Shown: in pieces, positions 18,170 through 28,026 of the stretch
How positions within the stretch are numbered: the stretch's first letter is position 1
Layout of the letters: every line of letters begins with the position of its first letter
From: Candidatus Thermofontivivens primus
GTDB taxonomy: Bacteria; Sysuimicrobiota; Sysuimicrobiia; Sysuimicrobiales; Thermofontiviventaceae
Direction of reading: 5' to 3'
Assembly: GCA_031458695.1 (NCBI GenBank)
Contig: JAVKJW010000001.1
Coordinates: 256,001 to 320,000, forward strand
DNA length: 64,000 bases
The notes under the pieces: generated by a model
What the model was told of the DNA's origin: nothing
Database searches by the model: none
What the model saw: the letters and a program-made list of their open reading frames with translations, nothing else
Made by a program: the position numbers and the translations under genes

Positions 18170-18550
18170 ATGCGTCCTGATATTCTTCTCATCATCCCTG
18201 ACCGGCGGCTACGGGCATTCATCTTGGCCGAGCTCGTTGAGGAGGGGTATGAGGTCGTCGCCGTTCCTACGGTGCGCCACGGGCGCTTTCTCCTCCACCG
18301 CGGGGAGAAACCAGGTCTCATCATTCTCGACCTTGGAAGCATCAAGGAGCCAGATACCGCAATCGAGCAACTCCGGGCCGCTGTCCAGGCACCTATCCTT
18401 GCAGCAGTTGGAATGGTGGATCAGGAGCGCGCACGGAGGTTGGGTCTGGATGAGACCATCACTCGCCCGTTCACCATCGCTCAGCTCGTCGCGCGTGTGC
18501 GTGAGCTCATTGGTCCACCTGCGCACTCCAGCATGGACAGAGCGACGTAG
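18170..18550 (+). CDS. Stand-alone, atypical response-regulator receiver domain
   Basis: REC-fold pattern ILLI..D / EGYEV / PGLIILDL / TRPF. The conserved Lys is replaced by Arg. Confidence 0.65.
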   Translation: MRPDILLIIPDRRLRAFILAELVEEGYEVVAVPTVRHGRFLLHRGEKPGLIILDLGSIKEPDTAIEQLRAAVQAPILAAVGMVDQERARRLGLDETITRPFTIAQLVARVRELIGPPAHSSMDRAT

Positions 18551-18634
18551 CGGGTCCTACAAGCTGGGTCATGAACCCGATCCCATTCCCTCCGCCTTCA
18601 CAGGAAATGGCCAAAGTTCCCCGCTGGATTGACT

Positions 18635-19492
18635 TCAGGGTAACGGCTTGAGGTTCCAGTGCCTGCCGTCGAGCACCGCCACGCTAGTGTAGCCCACATC
18701 CCGCAAGAGTGCGAGAGCCTCAGGAAACTGGGCTACGACATCGTCGGGTGTATGCGCATCGGAGGAGATGGTCACGGGGATGCCCAACTCGGAGGAGCGC
18801 CGGAGGATCCAGGGCGCCGGGTAAGGCTCCCCGTGCTCTGTACGCAGGCCAGCAGTGTTGATCTCCAGCACTAGCCCAGCCTCGCGAATGGCCTGGAGTG
18901 CCGTTTCCACGGAAGCCTTGTACCAGGGCGCGTCCTCGGGGAAGTAGCGGCCTTGGAAGTTCCACATCTTGATCTTGTCCAGGTGTCCGACGATGACGGG
19001 AAGCCCCCATTGCGGAGCAACCTCCGCCATGGCCACGACGTGGCGGTAGTACTCTTCCACGAGTGCCTGGATATCTCCGCGGTAGACCGCTTCCAGCTGG
19101 TGGGAGAAGGATTCTTCTGTCCAATCGATGGTCCAGGGGGCCCCAGAGGGATCACGCCCGACGAAGTGCACGCTCGCTACGACATAGTCAAGATGGTGCG
19201 AGAAGATATGCTGCTGGAAGGCGGTGCTTTGGGGGACGAGGTCCAGGGAGAGGTAGTCCAGCTCCACACCAAGCAGGATCTGGAGTCTCCCACGGTACAT
19301 TTCCTGTGCTGCACGGACCTCTGCGCAGTAGGCCGGGAGGGATTCCAGGGACATGTTCCACTCTGAGGGGAAGGGAACCGGGGCATGACAGGAGAGGCCG
19401 AGGGAATCAAGACCAGCTGCAATCGCTGCTTCGGCATACTCTACGGCCGTCCCTGACCCATCGCAGTAGTGCAGGTGGTTGTGGTAGCTCAT
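18635..19492 (-). CDS. PHP-family histidinol-phosphatase (HisJ/HisK-like)
   Basis: YHNHLHYCDG, GVELDY, SVH, GHLD, EINT and SSDAH motifs. Start moved to ATG 19492. Confidence 0.85.
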   Translation of the reverse strand: MSYHNHLHYCDGSGTAVEYAEAAIAAGLDSLGLSCHAPVPFPSEWNMSLESLPAYCAEVRAAQEMYRGRLQILLGVELDYLSLDLVPQSTAFQQHIFSHHLDYVVASVHFVGRDPSGAPWTIDWTEESFSHQLEAVYRGDIQALVEEYYRHVVAMAEVAPQWGLPVIVGHLDKIKMWNFQGRYFPEDAPWYKASVETALQAIREAGLVLEINTAGLRTEHGEPYPAPWILRRSSELGIPVTISSDAHTPDDVVAQFPEALALLRDVGYTSVAVLDGRHWNLKPLP

Positions 19493-19563
19493 GCTACCAT
19501 GATAGCGCAGGAGCGAGAGGATACACAAGGAGTGCCAGAGGAGTGGGACCTTTGACCCTGGTG

Positions 19564-19591
19564 TTGACAGGGGATCGGAGGGGGTTAAAAT
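19564..19591 (+). promoter_or_regulatory. Sigma70-type promoter upstream of the FmdB gene and its structured leader
   Basis: TTGACA-N16-TAAAAT. Confidence 0.6.
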
Positions 19592-19601
19592 AGGAAACAG
19601 G

Positions 19602-19718
19602 CTGTGCAGTCCCCTGCGTGTCCTGGGTAATTCCCAAGAATCCCGCCGGGGACAATACTCTTTTGAAGAGTGCGTGCGGCAGGGGTCGAGGCACTCTTCC
19701 GGGTAGTCTGGAGCACAG
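19602..19718 (+). ncRNA. Candidate structured 5' leader RNA, family unknown
   Basis: Nested helices CTGTGC/GCACAG, CCCCTGC/GCAGGGG and TACTCTT/AAGAGTG, with an alternative 9-bp helix GAAGAGTGC/GCACTCTTC. Confidence 0.4.
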
Positions 19719-19738
19719 AGTGAAGGAGGAACCGGAGT

Positions 19739-19990
19739 ATGCCTATCTACGAGTACCGGTGTACCCAATGTGGGGCCCAGTTTGAGGTCTTTCAGAGCGT
19801 GCATGATGGCCCAGTTACGGCGTGCGAGCGTTGTGGTGGGCCAGTGAAGCGGGTCTACTCTCCCGTGGGACTTATCTTCAAAGGGCCAGGGTTCCATGTT
19901 ACAGACTACCGGAAAGGACCCAAGGAGGAGGGTACTAAGAAGGAAGAACGTGGGACATCTTCGGAAGACTCTCCCAAGAAGGACTCCTAA
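19739..19990 (+). CDS. FmdB-family zinc-ribbon protein
   Basis: MPIYEYRCTQCG...CERCGG...FKGPGFHVTDY. SD AAGGAGG. Confidence 0.92.
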   Translation: MPIYEYRCTQCGAQFEVFQSVHDGPVTACERCGGPVKRVYSPVGLIFKGPGFHVTDYRKGPKEEGTKKEERGTSSEDSPKKDS

Positions 19991-20030
19991 GGGATCATAC
20001 GGGCAAGGCGGGCATGGCCCTCATCTGGCC

Positions 20031-21848
20031 ATGCCCGCCTTGCTCTCTTTAGGGGCAATTTTCGTTCTTGCCCTGTTATGGCCCCCCTCGTCAAGCGCTC
20101 AAACCTCGCCTTTGGTCTCTCTCCGCATCGGGTTTGATGGCTATGTGGTGCCGGGAAGCTGGGTCCCCCTAGCGGTACGCGTTGACCCAGGAGAGAAGGG
20201 GATCGATGGAGAGGTCATGGTGGAGACGCGGGAAGGAAGCCGAGCGAACCCCTCCCTGACTCGATACCGGTGGCGCCTTAAGATTCCCCCAGGGGGCGTC
20301 TTTCAATTTTCCCATGCCATCCCTTATACCGACGCTCGCTGGCCAGTGCGGGTCGAGGTCCGGTCTGGGCGCACGGTCGTATTTCAAGAGGAGGTCCGCC
20401 CCCATCCTGTAGAGAGCCTTGTGGTCGTCCTCTCCAGGGTGCGGGAAGGAGTAGGAGCGGTGGGGAGCCCTCCCCCAGTAGTGGTCTATGTTCGGGAGGA
20501 GGACCTTCCGGTGCACCCCTGGGCCTATGAGGGGGTGAGGCTTCTCGTGATCCATGACCTCTCCAGTCGCCGCCTTGACGAGGATCGCCGTCGTGCCCTC
20601 TTGAGCTGGATCGCGCAAGGGGGAAGGGTACTCATAAGCACGGGAGAATCGCTCGGTAGGATCGATTGGGAACCTCTCCAGTCCGTCTTACCCGCAATCC
20701 CCACGTCCACAAGGTACATTCCTCCTCGCGCCCTCGCTGCCCGGTATGGGGAAGTCTTCCCGCATCCCCTCCCTGTTGCCCAATTGATGCGGCTTCCCGG
20801 TTCCACTGTGTCTCTTTCGGAGGGGGGGATCCCCCTGATGGCAGAGAGGCCGCTGGGAAGGGGACGTGTCGTGATGTGGGCGTTCGACTACCTCGATCCC
20901 TCCTTCCTCCGGTGGCCGGGGAGGTTCTCCCTGTGGAAGGAAGTCCTCCAGGATCCGCCTCGTCTCAGGAGGATCCTGATTCCAGAAGTAACCGAGATCC
21001 TTCCCTCTTCTCAACCTCTTCCCCGTGGGGTTCTCCTGGGACTTGGCCTCGGGATGATTTCGTACATCGGTGTGATCCGCTGGTTGATGCGGAGGTTCGC
21101 ACCACTCCATGGCTGGTGGCTTGGACTGCTCCTTGCTGCAATCGTCTTCAGCGGGGGATTTTGGACGGGAAGCGCGGTACTCAGGTCCCGGAGCGTCTCC
21201 CTCGCCTGGGCGACCACCTTGGAGGCAGAGGGAGAATCCAGGGTTGCCGTTCTCGCCTCCTACCTACGCTGGATCGGTCCCCCAGGCAGGCGGAACGAAA
21301 TCCTCCTTCCTCAAGCCTTTTCCTTTCTCCGCCTCCTTCCCCCGGGTTCTATCGAGGTCAAGGTTGAGCCGGAAGGAGTGAGGGTCCAGACTAGTGGACG
21401 CCTGACGACCCTAGAGATGACAGGGATCGCTCCCCTCCCCTTTGATGGGTGGGTTCAAGAGGTGCGAGGGGCGCTTGAGGTCTGGGTTACCAATCGGTTG
21501 TCGCAGGCGTTAGAAGATCCCCTCCTGGTTTTCCAGGGAAATGTACAGCGCCTTCCTTCCCTCCCTCCAGGGGAGGGACGCTGGTTGACGAGTTCGGGGC
21601 GGTGGCTTCCGTTCGACTTCGCAGGGGATGAAAGAGCGCTAGGGCAGACTCCCTCGGAGATAGGGCTCCTCCGGTGGACCTTTCCACGGCTCTCTGGCAG
21701 TGCTACCATAGAGGAAAGGGGCGTTCCTTTTCTGCTGGGATGGATAGATCCCCATGCGCTGGGGGTGGATCTCTCCACGGAACCTCCCTCTCTGTGGGGG
21801 AAGCCTCCTGGACGGGTACTCCTGATCCTCCAGCTTCCGTGGAGGTAG
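20031..21848 (+). CDS. Exported/membrane protein with a glutamine-amidotransferase-like domain, MoxR/VWA-operon associated
   Basis: Signal peptide, 'IGFDG...GSWVPL', 'ALLSWIAQGGRVLI' and 'LGRGRVV', with two central TM helices. Confidence 0.55.
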   Translation: MPALLSLGAIFVLALLWPPSSSAQTSPLVSLRIGFDGYVVPGSWVPLAVRVDPGEKGIDGEVMVETREGSRANPSLTRYRWRLKIPPGGVFQFSHAIPYTDARWPVRVEVRSGRTVVFQEEVRPHPVESLVVVLSRVREGVGAVGSPPPVVVYVREEDLPVHPWAYEGVRLLVIHDLSSRRLDEDRRRALLSWIAQGGRVLISTGESLGRIDWEPLQSVLPAIPTSTRYIPPRALAARYGEVFPHPLPVAQLMRLPGSTVSLSEGGIPLMAERPLGRGRVVMWAFDYLDPSFLRWPGRFSLWKEVLQDPPRLRRILIPEVTEILPSSQPLPRGVLLGLGLGMISYIGVIRWLMRRFAPLHGWWLGLLLAAIVFSGGFWTGSAVLRSRSVSLAWATTLEAEGESRVAVLASYLRWIGPPGRRNEILLPQAFSFLRLLPPGSIEVKVEPEGVRVQTSGRLTTLEMTGIAPLPFDGWVQEVRGALEVWVTNRLSQALEDPLLVFQGNVQRLPSLPPGEGRWLTSSGRWLPFDFAGDERALGQTPSEIGLLRWTFPRLSGSATIEERGVPFLLGWIDPHALGVDLSTEPPSLWGKPPGRVLLILQLPWR

Positions 21849-21859
21849 GAAGCGAGAGC

Positions 21860-22585
21860 GTGTGGAACGCGGTGGCACGTGGAGACCTCCGGGCGAGGAG
21901 GCAGAGTTCCAAAAGTGTGGGACTCGTGACCTTTTCCCTTGCCCTCCTCGCCGCGACCATCTTGCTGCTCGTCCCCCAAGAGCTTGAGGGCGACTCTCGG
22001 ATTCATCTTGACGCTCCCTACCTTCTCCTAGCGATCCAGATGGCCCTGTTTAGCTATCTGATTTCCGCGAGTGCGTGCGGAGAGATCGCGATCGAGGGGG
22101 AGAAAACCATCTGGGATCTTGCGGGGACAAGGTTTCCTCCCCGGGTGATCGTGTACGGGAAGATGACGTCGTCCCTGCTTTCCTGCCTCACGCTCCTCGT
22201 CATGGCAGCGCCTTTCCAAGCCCTCGTTGTGGGGCTCACAGGCGCTTCACCCGCCCTGCTTTTCGTGGGGTGGCTCTTGACGCTGGCAATCGCATGGACG
22301 GGGGCAGCGGTCGCCCTCTGGGGGATGACCCTCAGAGAATCCGAAGCGCTTCGCTCGCTTGTCCATTGGGCATGGCTTGGGACGGTTCTCCTTCTCAGCG
22401 CGGTTTTCCCCGCCCCCTGGCGTCTCCTCAACCCATTCCGCGCCCTTCGGGATGCGTTCGATGGCGGGTGGGCGTGGATCGGTTCCCTGGGAAGCTATAT
22501 GGTGCTGAGCCTTGTGTTTTTGGAGTGGGCGAGATGGCGCTTGCAACGCTGGAGGCGATTGGATGAGCATCTCCGAGAGGGGTAG
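21860..22585 (+). CDS. ABC-2-type permease-like membrane protein
   Basis: About 6 TM helices, 'IAIEGEKTIWDL...IVYGK' and 'LNPF'. GTG start inferred. Confidence 0.55.
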   Translation: MWNAVARGDLRARRQSSKSVGLVTFSLALLAATILLLVPQELEGDSRIHLDAPYLLLAIQMALFSYLISASACGEIAIEGEKTIWDLAGTRFPPRVIVYGKMTSSLLSCLTLLVMAAPFQALVVGLTGASPALLFVGWLLTLAIAWTGAAVALWGMTLRESEALRSLVHWAWLGTVLLLSAVFPAPWRLLNPFRALRDAFDGGWAWIGSLGSYMVLSLVFLEWARWRLQRWRRLDEHLREG

Positions 22586-22661
22586 GTGGCTTCAGCGAAG
22601 TCTCCGTTCCAGAGCTTCCTGGGGAATTGGGAATTTCCACAGGGGAGGAAGAAGAGGGGGC

Positions 22662-24236
22662 ATGCGCGCTCTCTGGAGGAGCGCTTCGCATGGGCATCTC
22701 TCGCAGCGCCTCCTGGAGAAGCTTCAGCCTGTGATCTGGAGGATTCAGTGGGCCCGTGCCCTGGAAGCCATGGTCTTCCTCCAGCTCGTGGGGATCCTCC
22801 TAGTGGCTGGAACTCTTCTCCTCCAACTCGTTCTCCCCATCGACCTGTCCACCTCTTTGCTGGTCGCGATTGCGCTTCTCGGCGGGGGGTTGGTCGGGGT
22901 GGGATATGGATGGGCCCAGCGCCCCAGTTTATTTGAAGCCGCCGTCCTCCTGGACCGCCGCCTCGGGCTTCACGAGCGCATGGCGACGTTGCTGGAACTC
23001 TCGCTGACCCATCCCTCTTCACCGTTTCTGGCTCCCCTCCAAGCCGACGCCCTCTCCCACGCAGAACCTCGGGAGGTCGCAAAAGCCTTTCCCATCCGCA
23101 TTCCCAGAAGGACTCCATGGCTCATCCTTTCCCTCGCTGGGGTCCTGGCGTGGGAGCTGACCATGGCAGGACTGACCATCCCTGGTACCGTTGCGTCCCA
23201 GATCGCCCAGAGGATCCGGGAGGAGGGGAAGGTGCTGGAACAAGTGGCGAGGGAGATGGAACGAAGGGGGAGAGTTGAGGTCCTCCCAGAGACGCGGCGT
23301 CTTTCTCAAAAGCTTTCTGAGCTCGGAAGGAAGTTCCAAAAAGAGCGCTTGGAACGCGTTGACGCGTTGGCGAAGATCAAAGAGCTTACCCGTGAGATCG
23401 AGGCGACCCGTATCCGCCTCGAAGAGCGCCTCAAAGCCGAGGAGCTTGGCCCTCGCCAGGAACCGTCTGGAGATCTCCTCCGGCGCTTGGGATCTGTCTC
23501 CCGCAGGATCCGGTCCATCAGGGAGGGAATCGCGCCCTTTGAAGAGCGGGGGACGGGAAAGGACCTCCGAAGCCTCCTCAGTAGCCTGGACGAGCTGCAG
23601 CAGGAGGAGAACGGTCTTCCACAAGGCCTTCTCCAAACCCTCGAGGAAGCCCGCCGCAAGCTTTCAGAAGGAGACTGGCAGGGTGCAGCAAGGAGCCTGG
23701 AGAGCGCAGAGGAAAGGGCCACGGCTCTCCACCGTTTGCTTTTGGACGAGGAAGGACTCACCCAAGCGCACAGTCAGCTTCAGCGCTCCGCCGAGAACAT
23801 CGCGCGGGGAGGGGGTGGGGAGAGCCCTATGGAGGCACGCTCCCCCCACGATCGAGGAGAAGGGAAACCACCGCGTAGCCGATCCCCCGGGTTGGATCAA
23901 GGAGCTCCTGGGGAGCAGGAGCCGGTTCCTCCCTCCCTTGGTCCATACACGGGAACGGAACCAGGGACGGGGCGGGTGGTGGAGTTCACAGGGCCTCCGA
24001 CACCTCGCTTGAGAACGCCGAAGGCTCCACTCCAGCTTCGCGGGATCCCCGGGGAAGGAAAATCCAGGTGGACGGAGGTTGCGGGGAAAGGAGAGGAGTC
24101 TCGAAGCGTGCGGATCCCGCGCAGGGCGATCGTTGGAGCGATCCAGGAGGCTGACCGGTATATGGAGCGGGCGCGCGTTCCAGCTCCCTTCCGGGAGGTC
24201 GTCCGCAGGTACTTCCAGGAGCTGGCGCGCTGGTGA
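22662..24236 (+). CDS. Membrane-anchored coiled-coil protein of the MoxR/VWA operon
   Basis: N-terminal TMs, 'LDRRLGLHER..T.LE', a long heptad region, a Gly/Pro linker and a 'VP..FREVVRRYF' C-terminus. Confidence 0.6.
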   Translation: MRALWRSASHGHLSQRLLEKLQPVIWRIQWARALEAMVFLQLVGILLVAGTLLLQLVLPIDLSTSLLVAIALLGGGLVGVGYGWAQRPSLFEAAVLLDRRLGLHERMATLLELSLTHPSSPFLAPLQADALSHAEPREVAKAFPIRIPRRTPWLILSLAGVLAWELTMAGLTIPGTVASQIAQRIREEGKVLEQVAREMERRGRVEVLPETRRLSQKLSELGRKFQKERLERVDALAKIKELTREIEATRIRLEERLKAEELGPRQEPSGDLLRRLGSVSRRIRSIREGIAPFEERGTGKDLRSLLSSLDELQQEENGLPQGLLQTLEEARRKLSEGDWQGAARSLESAEERATALHRLLLDEEGLTQAHSQLQRSAENIARGGGGESPMEARSPHDRGEGKPPRSRSPGLDQGAPGEQEPVPPSLGPYTGTEPGTGRVVEFTGPPTPRLRTPKAPLQLRGIPGEGKSRWTEVAGKGEESRSVRIPRRAIVGAIQEADRYMERARVPAPFREVVRRYFQELARW

Positions 24237-24264
24237 GGCATCCGCCAGAGAGGAGGCAGGACCT

Positions 24265-25278
24265 ATGGAAAACCTGGAAGCACGGGCGGAGTGGTTTCGC
24301 TCGATCCATCGCCGGATCCGGGAGGAGATTGGAAAGGTCATCGTCGGACACGAGCAGGTCGTCGAGGAGGTTCTGATAGCCCTCTTCGCAGGCGGCCACG
24401 TCCTGCTCGAGGGTGTGCCCGGGTTGGGCAAGACCCTCCTTGTGCGCACGCTCAGTCAGTGCCTCTCTCTGCGCTACTCCCGCATCCAGTTCACCCCGGA
24501 TCTCATGCCAGCGGATATCGTGGGGACCAACGTGGTTGTCCAGGATCGTGAGGGAAGGCGCTACTTTGAGTTCCAGCGCGGGCCCATCTTCAGCCAGATC
24601 GTCCTCGCTGATGAGATCAACCGGGCGACCCCCAAGACCCAGTCCGCGCTCCTAGAGGCGATGCAGGAGCACGCCGTCACCGCCTCCGGCGTCCGCTACC
24701 CTCTGGAGGAGCCCTTCTTCGTGCTGGCCACGCAGAATCCCATCGAGATGGAAGGGACCTATCCCCTCCCGGAAGCCCAGCTCGACCGGTTCTTCTTCAA
24801 AATCAAGGTCCAGTTCCCCAGGGCCGATGAGCTCGTGGAGATCATTGACAGGACTACGACGGCGAACTCACACGCGGTCGCGGTGGTCGCTGATGGTCCT
24901 ACGATCCTGGCAATGCAGGACCTCGTCCGGGAGGTCCCCATCGCTTCTCATGTGAAGGACTACGTTGCGAGGCTGATTCTGGCGACCCACCCGGAGGGGG
25001 AGGGAGCCGCCCCCATGGCCAGGAAATTTGTACGCTACGGGGCAAGCCCTCGAGGCGCGCAGGCCCTTGTCCTCGGGGGCAAAGTCCGGGCCCTCCTCCG
25101 GGGACGGTACAACGTGAGTTTCGAGGACATCCGGGAGGTTGCCCTCCCTGCCCTCCGCCACAGGATTATCCTGAACTTCGAAGGAGAGGCGGAAGGGTTA
25201 GATCCCGATGCGATCGTCCAGCACATCCTTGAAGAGACCCCGGAGGTTGTGGATGCCAGAGGGCGCCCTGTTGCTTGA
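24265..25278 (+). CDS. MoxR-family AAA+ ATPase
   Basis: HVLLEGVPGLGKT, RIQFTPDLMPAD, DEINRA and ATQNPIEMEGTYPLPEAQLDRF. Confidence 0.96.
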   Translation: MENLEARAEWFRSIHRRIREEIGKVIVGHEQVVEEVLIALFAGGHVLLEGVPGLGKTLLVRTLSQCLSLRYSRIQFTPDLMPADIVGTNVVVQDREGRRYFEFQRGPIFSQIVLADEINRATPKTQSALLEAMQEHAVTASGVRYPLEEPFFVLATQNPIEMEGTYPLPEAQLDRFFFKIKVQFPRADELVEIIDRTTTANSHAVAVVADGPTILAMQDLVREVPIASHVKDYVARLILATHPEGEGAAPMARKFVRYGASPRGAQALVLGGKVRALLRGRYNVSFEDIREVALPALRHRIILNFEGEAEGLDPDAIVQHILEETPEVVDARGRPVA

Positions 25279-26140
25279 TCCAGACTTCCTCCGCCGCCTC
25301 GACATGCTCTCCCTTCGCCTCAGGAGGCCTATCCGCGGGTTCCTGCGTGGGGAGAGGCGAAGCAGGACCGTTGGCGGGGGTATGGAATTCTCCGACTACC
25401 GCAGCTACCAGGTCGGGGACGACTTCCGGTACATCGACTGGAATGTCTACTCCCGGCTGGACAGGCTTTTCGTGAAGCTCTTCCACGTGGAGGAGGAAAT
25501 GGACATGTTCCTTCTCCTGGACACAAGCCAATCCATGTCCTTTGGGAGCCCTTCGAAGCTGGAGTATGCGAAGAAAGTGGCTGCAGCCCTCGGGTACATC
25601 GGCCTCTCCGGCTTTGACCGCGTGGTCGCGGTGGGGGCAACTGACCACCTTCATGGTACTCTCCCAGCCCTCCAGGGAAAAGCTGGGATCCCGCGGCTGT
25701 TCCGTTTCCTCGCCTCCCTTGACGCCGGAGGGCCTACAAGCCTCTCTAGGGCGTTTGAGGAACTCCTCCTGCGTGCCCGCAGGCGCGGCTTCATTCTTCT
25801 CCTCTCTGATCTCTTGGATCCTTCCGGATCCACAGAGCCCCTGAAACGCGCCCGGTACCGTGGGTTCGAACTTGCTATCTGTCACATCCTCGACGAAGAA
25901 GATCTCTTCCCTTCCCTGGAAGGGGACGTGCAGCTCGTCGATTGCGAACGTGGGGATCGTGTTGATGTCTCCCTCAACAGTCTCGCCTGGGACCAGTTCA
26001 TCCGCGCGCGCGACGCCTACCTCCGGGAGCTCGAAGAGTTCTGCCTTCGCCACCAGATCGTCTATGTCCGAGCGACGACCGCCGTCCCCTTTGAGGATCT
26101 GGTGCTCCGGTATCTGCGTCTTGCTGGGGTGATCACATGA
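25253..26140 (+). CDS. DUF58 domain protein
   Basis: EFSDYRSYQVGDDFRYIDWN and LLDTSQSM. Confidence 0.92.
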   Translation: MPEGALLLDPDFLRRLDMLSLRLRRPIRGFLRGERRSRTVGGGMEFSDYRSYQVGDDFRYIDWNVYSRLDRLFVKLFHVEEEMDMFLLLDTSQSMSFGSPSKLEYAKKVAAALGYIGLSGFDRVVAVGATDHLHGTLPALQGKAGIPRLFRFLASLDAGGPTSLSRAFEELLLRARRRGFILLLSDLLDPSGSTEPLKRARYRGFELAICHILDEEDLFPSLEGDVQLVDCERGDRVDVSLNSLAWDQFIRARDAYLRELEEFCLRHQIVYVRATTAVPFEDLVLRYLRLAGVIT

Positions 26141-28026
26141 GCTTCCTCGCCCCTCTCGGGTTCATGGGCTTGCTGGCGATCCCTGTCCTGCTCGTCCTAC
26201 ATATGCTCCGGGCACGCAGGCGGGAGGTTGTCGTCAGCAGCACCCTCCTGTGGCAAAGGGCCCAGGAGGAGCTCCATGCCCGTCGTCCCCTCAAGCGCCT
26301 TGAGCAGAACCTCCTTCTCCTCCTGCAGATTCTTATGATTGTGGCCCTTTCCTTTGCCTTAGCGAGGCCTGTGGTGCCTGGGGGATCAGGTGGAGGCAAT
26401 CCCATCGCGCTGGTCCTGGACACCTCGGCGAGCATGCAGGCCACGGACACGCCTCCTACCCGCTTCGAGGTGAGTCGCCGGGAGGCCCTGGATTTCCTCC
26501 GTAAGCTCCAGCCTGGGCAAGAAGTGATGGTTCTCATTTCCGCTCCGGCTCCCCGGGTCGTCACGGGGTTCACCACAGACCACTCGCGCGTAAGAAAAGC
26601 GATCCAGAGCCTGGAGCCCTCAGACAGCCAGGGGGATCTCCCTGGCGCCGTTACGCTTGCCCGTGCGCATCTGAAGCGTGGGCTCAGGATCGTCTTGTTC
26701 ACAGACGGCAGCGAGCCCTACCCGGCCGGTCCGGACGTGGAGGTGCGCCAGGTGGGCCGTTCAGGAGAGAACGCCGGGATCATCGCCATCGAGGGAGGCT
26801 CAGATCCTGCAACCCAAAACCTCGTGCTCGTGCGCGTGCGGAACTTCTCCCCTCGGGCGCGTCACCTACCCATTGTTCTTTATGGGGATGGCCGGCCCGT
26901 CGCCAGGGAAACGGTTGATCTCGCCGCAGGGGAGGAACGGTCCCTCGTCTTCCAGATCCCACCTGGGGCGAGGGAATTGCACGCTCTCCTTGAGGGAAGG
27001 GATGATCTCCCTGTGGACAATGAGGCCTTCGCGGTAGTCGAACCCTCTCCCCTTCCGTCCGTCCTCCTCGTCAGCGAAGGGAATCCTTTCCTTGAGCGGG
27101 CGTTGCGGATCCTCCCCCTACGCGCGGCCTCCCGCACGACCAGCCAGGCTCCCTCCACTTGGGCGGGGGCGGAGGTGGTGATTCTCGACCGGACTCCACC
27201 TGTTTCACTCCCACCGGGGAGATACCTGCTCCTTGGAACAGTGGCCACCAACCTTCCCTTGGTCGTGGAGGGAGACATCGTCCACCCCACCGTAGCGTGG
27301 CAGGACCGGGCCCATCCCCTTCTCCGCTTTGTGGATCTCACTGGAATCAGGGTGCGCAGGAGCCTCCTCCTCCGTCCTCAAGGTGGCCAAGTCCTGGCTA
27401 GCGGGGAGGCCCCGCTCCTCTGGATCTTTGAAGAGAAGGGAACCCGGGCAGTCCTTCTTCCCTTCGACCTTGAGGAGTCGGACTTTGCTCTGAAGCCTGC
27501 GTTCCCGATCTTCCTCGCCAATGCCCTCGCTTGGCTCGCCGGCTTCCCCTCAGGGTGGCGGGCTGGTGAGGAGCTCCTGATCCCCGCTCCAGGGGATGTA
27601 GGGCAGAACGCCCTTCTGGAGCTCCCTTCAGGGGAGAAGGTACGGTTGGCTTCACAGGGAGGGTTCTGGACCTGGCGCCTCCACCGGACTGGGATTTACC
27701 GCTTGCGGACGCCATGGGGGATCCACCGGTTCGCCGTGAATCTCTCCTCCCCGCAGGAGTCGGCCATCGCCCCTCGCTTCTTCCCTTCCTCAGGGCCTTC
27801 TCCCGAAGGCCATGGGCAGGGGGAGTTGGGGACAGGTTTTCGTGAGCTCTGGCCTTGGTGGATTGGGCTTGCCCTTCTGGTGGCCCTTGTGGAATGGTTC
27901 CTCTTCCTCCAACGAACGGGGCGTCCCTTCCCAGTGGGAATGGGCCGAGGATCTGCACTCTGGCGCGGGAAGGTCGCTTCCAAGGATGACCTCCGGGTAG
28001 CGCAGAGAAGGGGTGGGGTGGCGTGA
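26137..28026 (+). CDS. BatA-like N-terminal domain plus VWA domain membrane protein
   Basis: MSFLAP...LLVLHML...SSTLLW...ALARP (BatA-like), MIDAS DTSASM, LFTDG, and a C-terminal 'ELWPW...VEW' TM. Confidence 0.88.
   Translation: MSFLAPLGFMGLLAIPVLLVLHMLRARRREVVVSSTLLWQRAQEELHARRPLKRLEQNLLLLLQILMIVALSFALARPVVPGGSGGGNPIALVLDTSASMQATDTPPTRFEVSRREALDFLRKLQPGQEVMVLISAPAPRVVTGFTTDHSRVRKAIQSLEPSDSQGDLPGAVTLARAHLKRGLRIVLFTDGSEPYPAGPDVEVRQVGRSGENAGIIAIEGGSDPATQNLVLVRVRNFSPRARHLPIVLYGDGRPVARETVDLAAGEERSLVFQIPPGARELHALLEGRDDLPVDNEAFAVVEPSPLPSVLLVSEGNPFLERALRILPLRAASRTTSQAPSTWAGAEVVILDRTPPVSLPPGRYLLLGTVATNLPLVVEGDIVHPTVAWQDRAHPLLRFVDLTGIRVRRSLLLRPQGGQVLASGEAPLLWIFEEKGTRAVLLPFDLEESDFALKPAFPIFLANALAWLAGFPSGWRAGEELLIPAPGDVGQNALLELPSGEKVRLASQGGFWTWRLHRTGIYRLRTPWGIHRFAVNLSSPQESAIAPRFFPSSGPSPEGHGQGELGTGFRELWPWWIGLALLVALVEWFLFLQRTGRPFPVGMGRGSALWRGKVASKDDLRVAQRRGGVA

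Noticed and set aside
4849..19500. Genomic island integrated at tRNA-Gln
   Set aside because: Accessory genes follow the tRNA, but I found no integrase and no repeat of the tRNA 3' end, and no clear compositional shift by eye.
19598..19720. 6S RNA
   Set aside because: It appears too short and multibranched for the long rod with a central bubble. It is kept only as an unknown structured leader.
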